Part shown: one piece after another, positions 63,881-64,000 of the stretch | Layout of the letters: each line of letters starts with the position of its first letter | How positions within the stretch are numbered: the stretch's first letter is position 1 | Source of the DNA: Heptranchias perlo | Lineage: Eukaryota | Reading direction: 5' to 3' | Assembly (NCBI RefSeq): GCF_035084215.1 | Contig: NC_090330.1 | Coordinates: 104,408,001-104,472,000 of the forward strand | Length of the DNA: 64,000 bases | Translations under genes and position numbers: made by a program | The notes under the pieces: generated by a model | The model's input: only the letters and a program-made list of their open reading frames with translations | What the model was told of the DNA's origin: nothing | Databases searched by the model: none

Positions 63881-64000
63881 GGGGCAGAAATCACTCGGAG
63901 CGATGAACCAACACCGCTCGTGAAACACTTTTTCAATGATTTCTCTGATTCCAGCCGACGATATAACTTGAATTCAAAGCTGTCGTATTGCTGGCGAACC
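63881..64000. mobile_element. Left end of a further MITE (cut by window edge)
   Basis: GGGGCAGAAATC start, similar to the TIR of 25481-26291. Confidence 0.45.

Overview
Eukaryotic, repeat-dense, apparently non-genic DNA (intron or gene desert) from a vertebrate, very probably a cartilaginous fish. The taxon is inferred from the mix of CR1 LINE 3' ends, L2 LINEs, SacSINE1/Deu-domain-like SINEs, Penelope-like elements and GC-rich Harbinger-type MITEs. No host protein-coding gene, rRNA, true tRNA or CRISPR could be supported; almost all long ORFs in the track are transposon fragments or low-complexity artefacts. Main content: (i) about 20 5'-truncated CR1/L2 LINE copies; (ii) several SINE families; (iii) at least 10 PIF/Harbinger-type non-autonomous elements, several with 3-bp TSDs, plus two deletion derivatives retaining Myb/SANT and/or HARBI1-like transposase remnants; (iv) three Penelope-associated minimal hammerhead ribozyme motifs, one in a perfect 64-bp fold-back insertion; (v) a hAT MITE, a TG microsatellite and a 29/34-bp minisatellite. 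The most interesting unexplained signals are a conserved internal hairpin shared by dissimilar MITEs, multi-level nested insertions, a roughly 1.2-kb non-repeat block at 9.35-10.55 kb with a long Cys-rich reading frame, and several CNE-like blocks. Family names come from recall, not database searches, and most boundaries are approximate.
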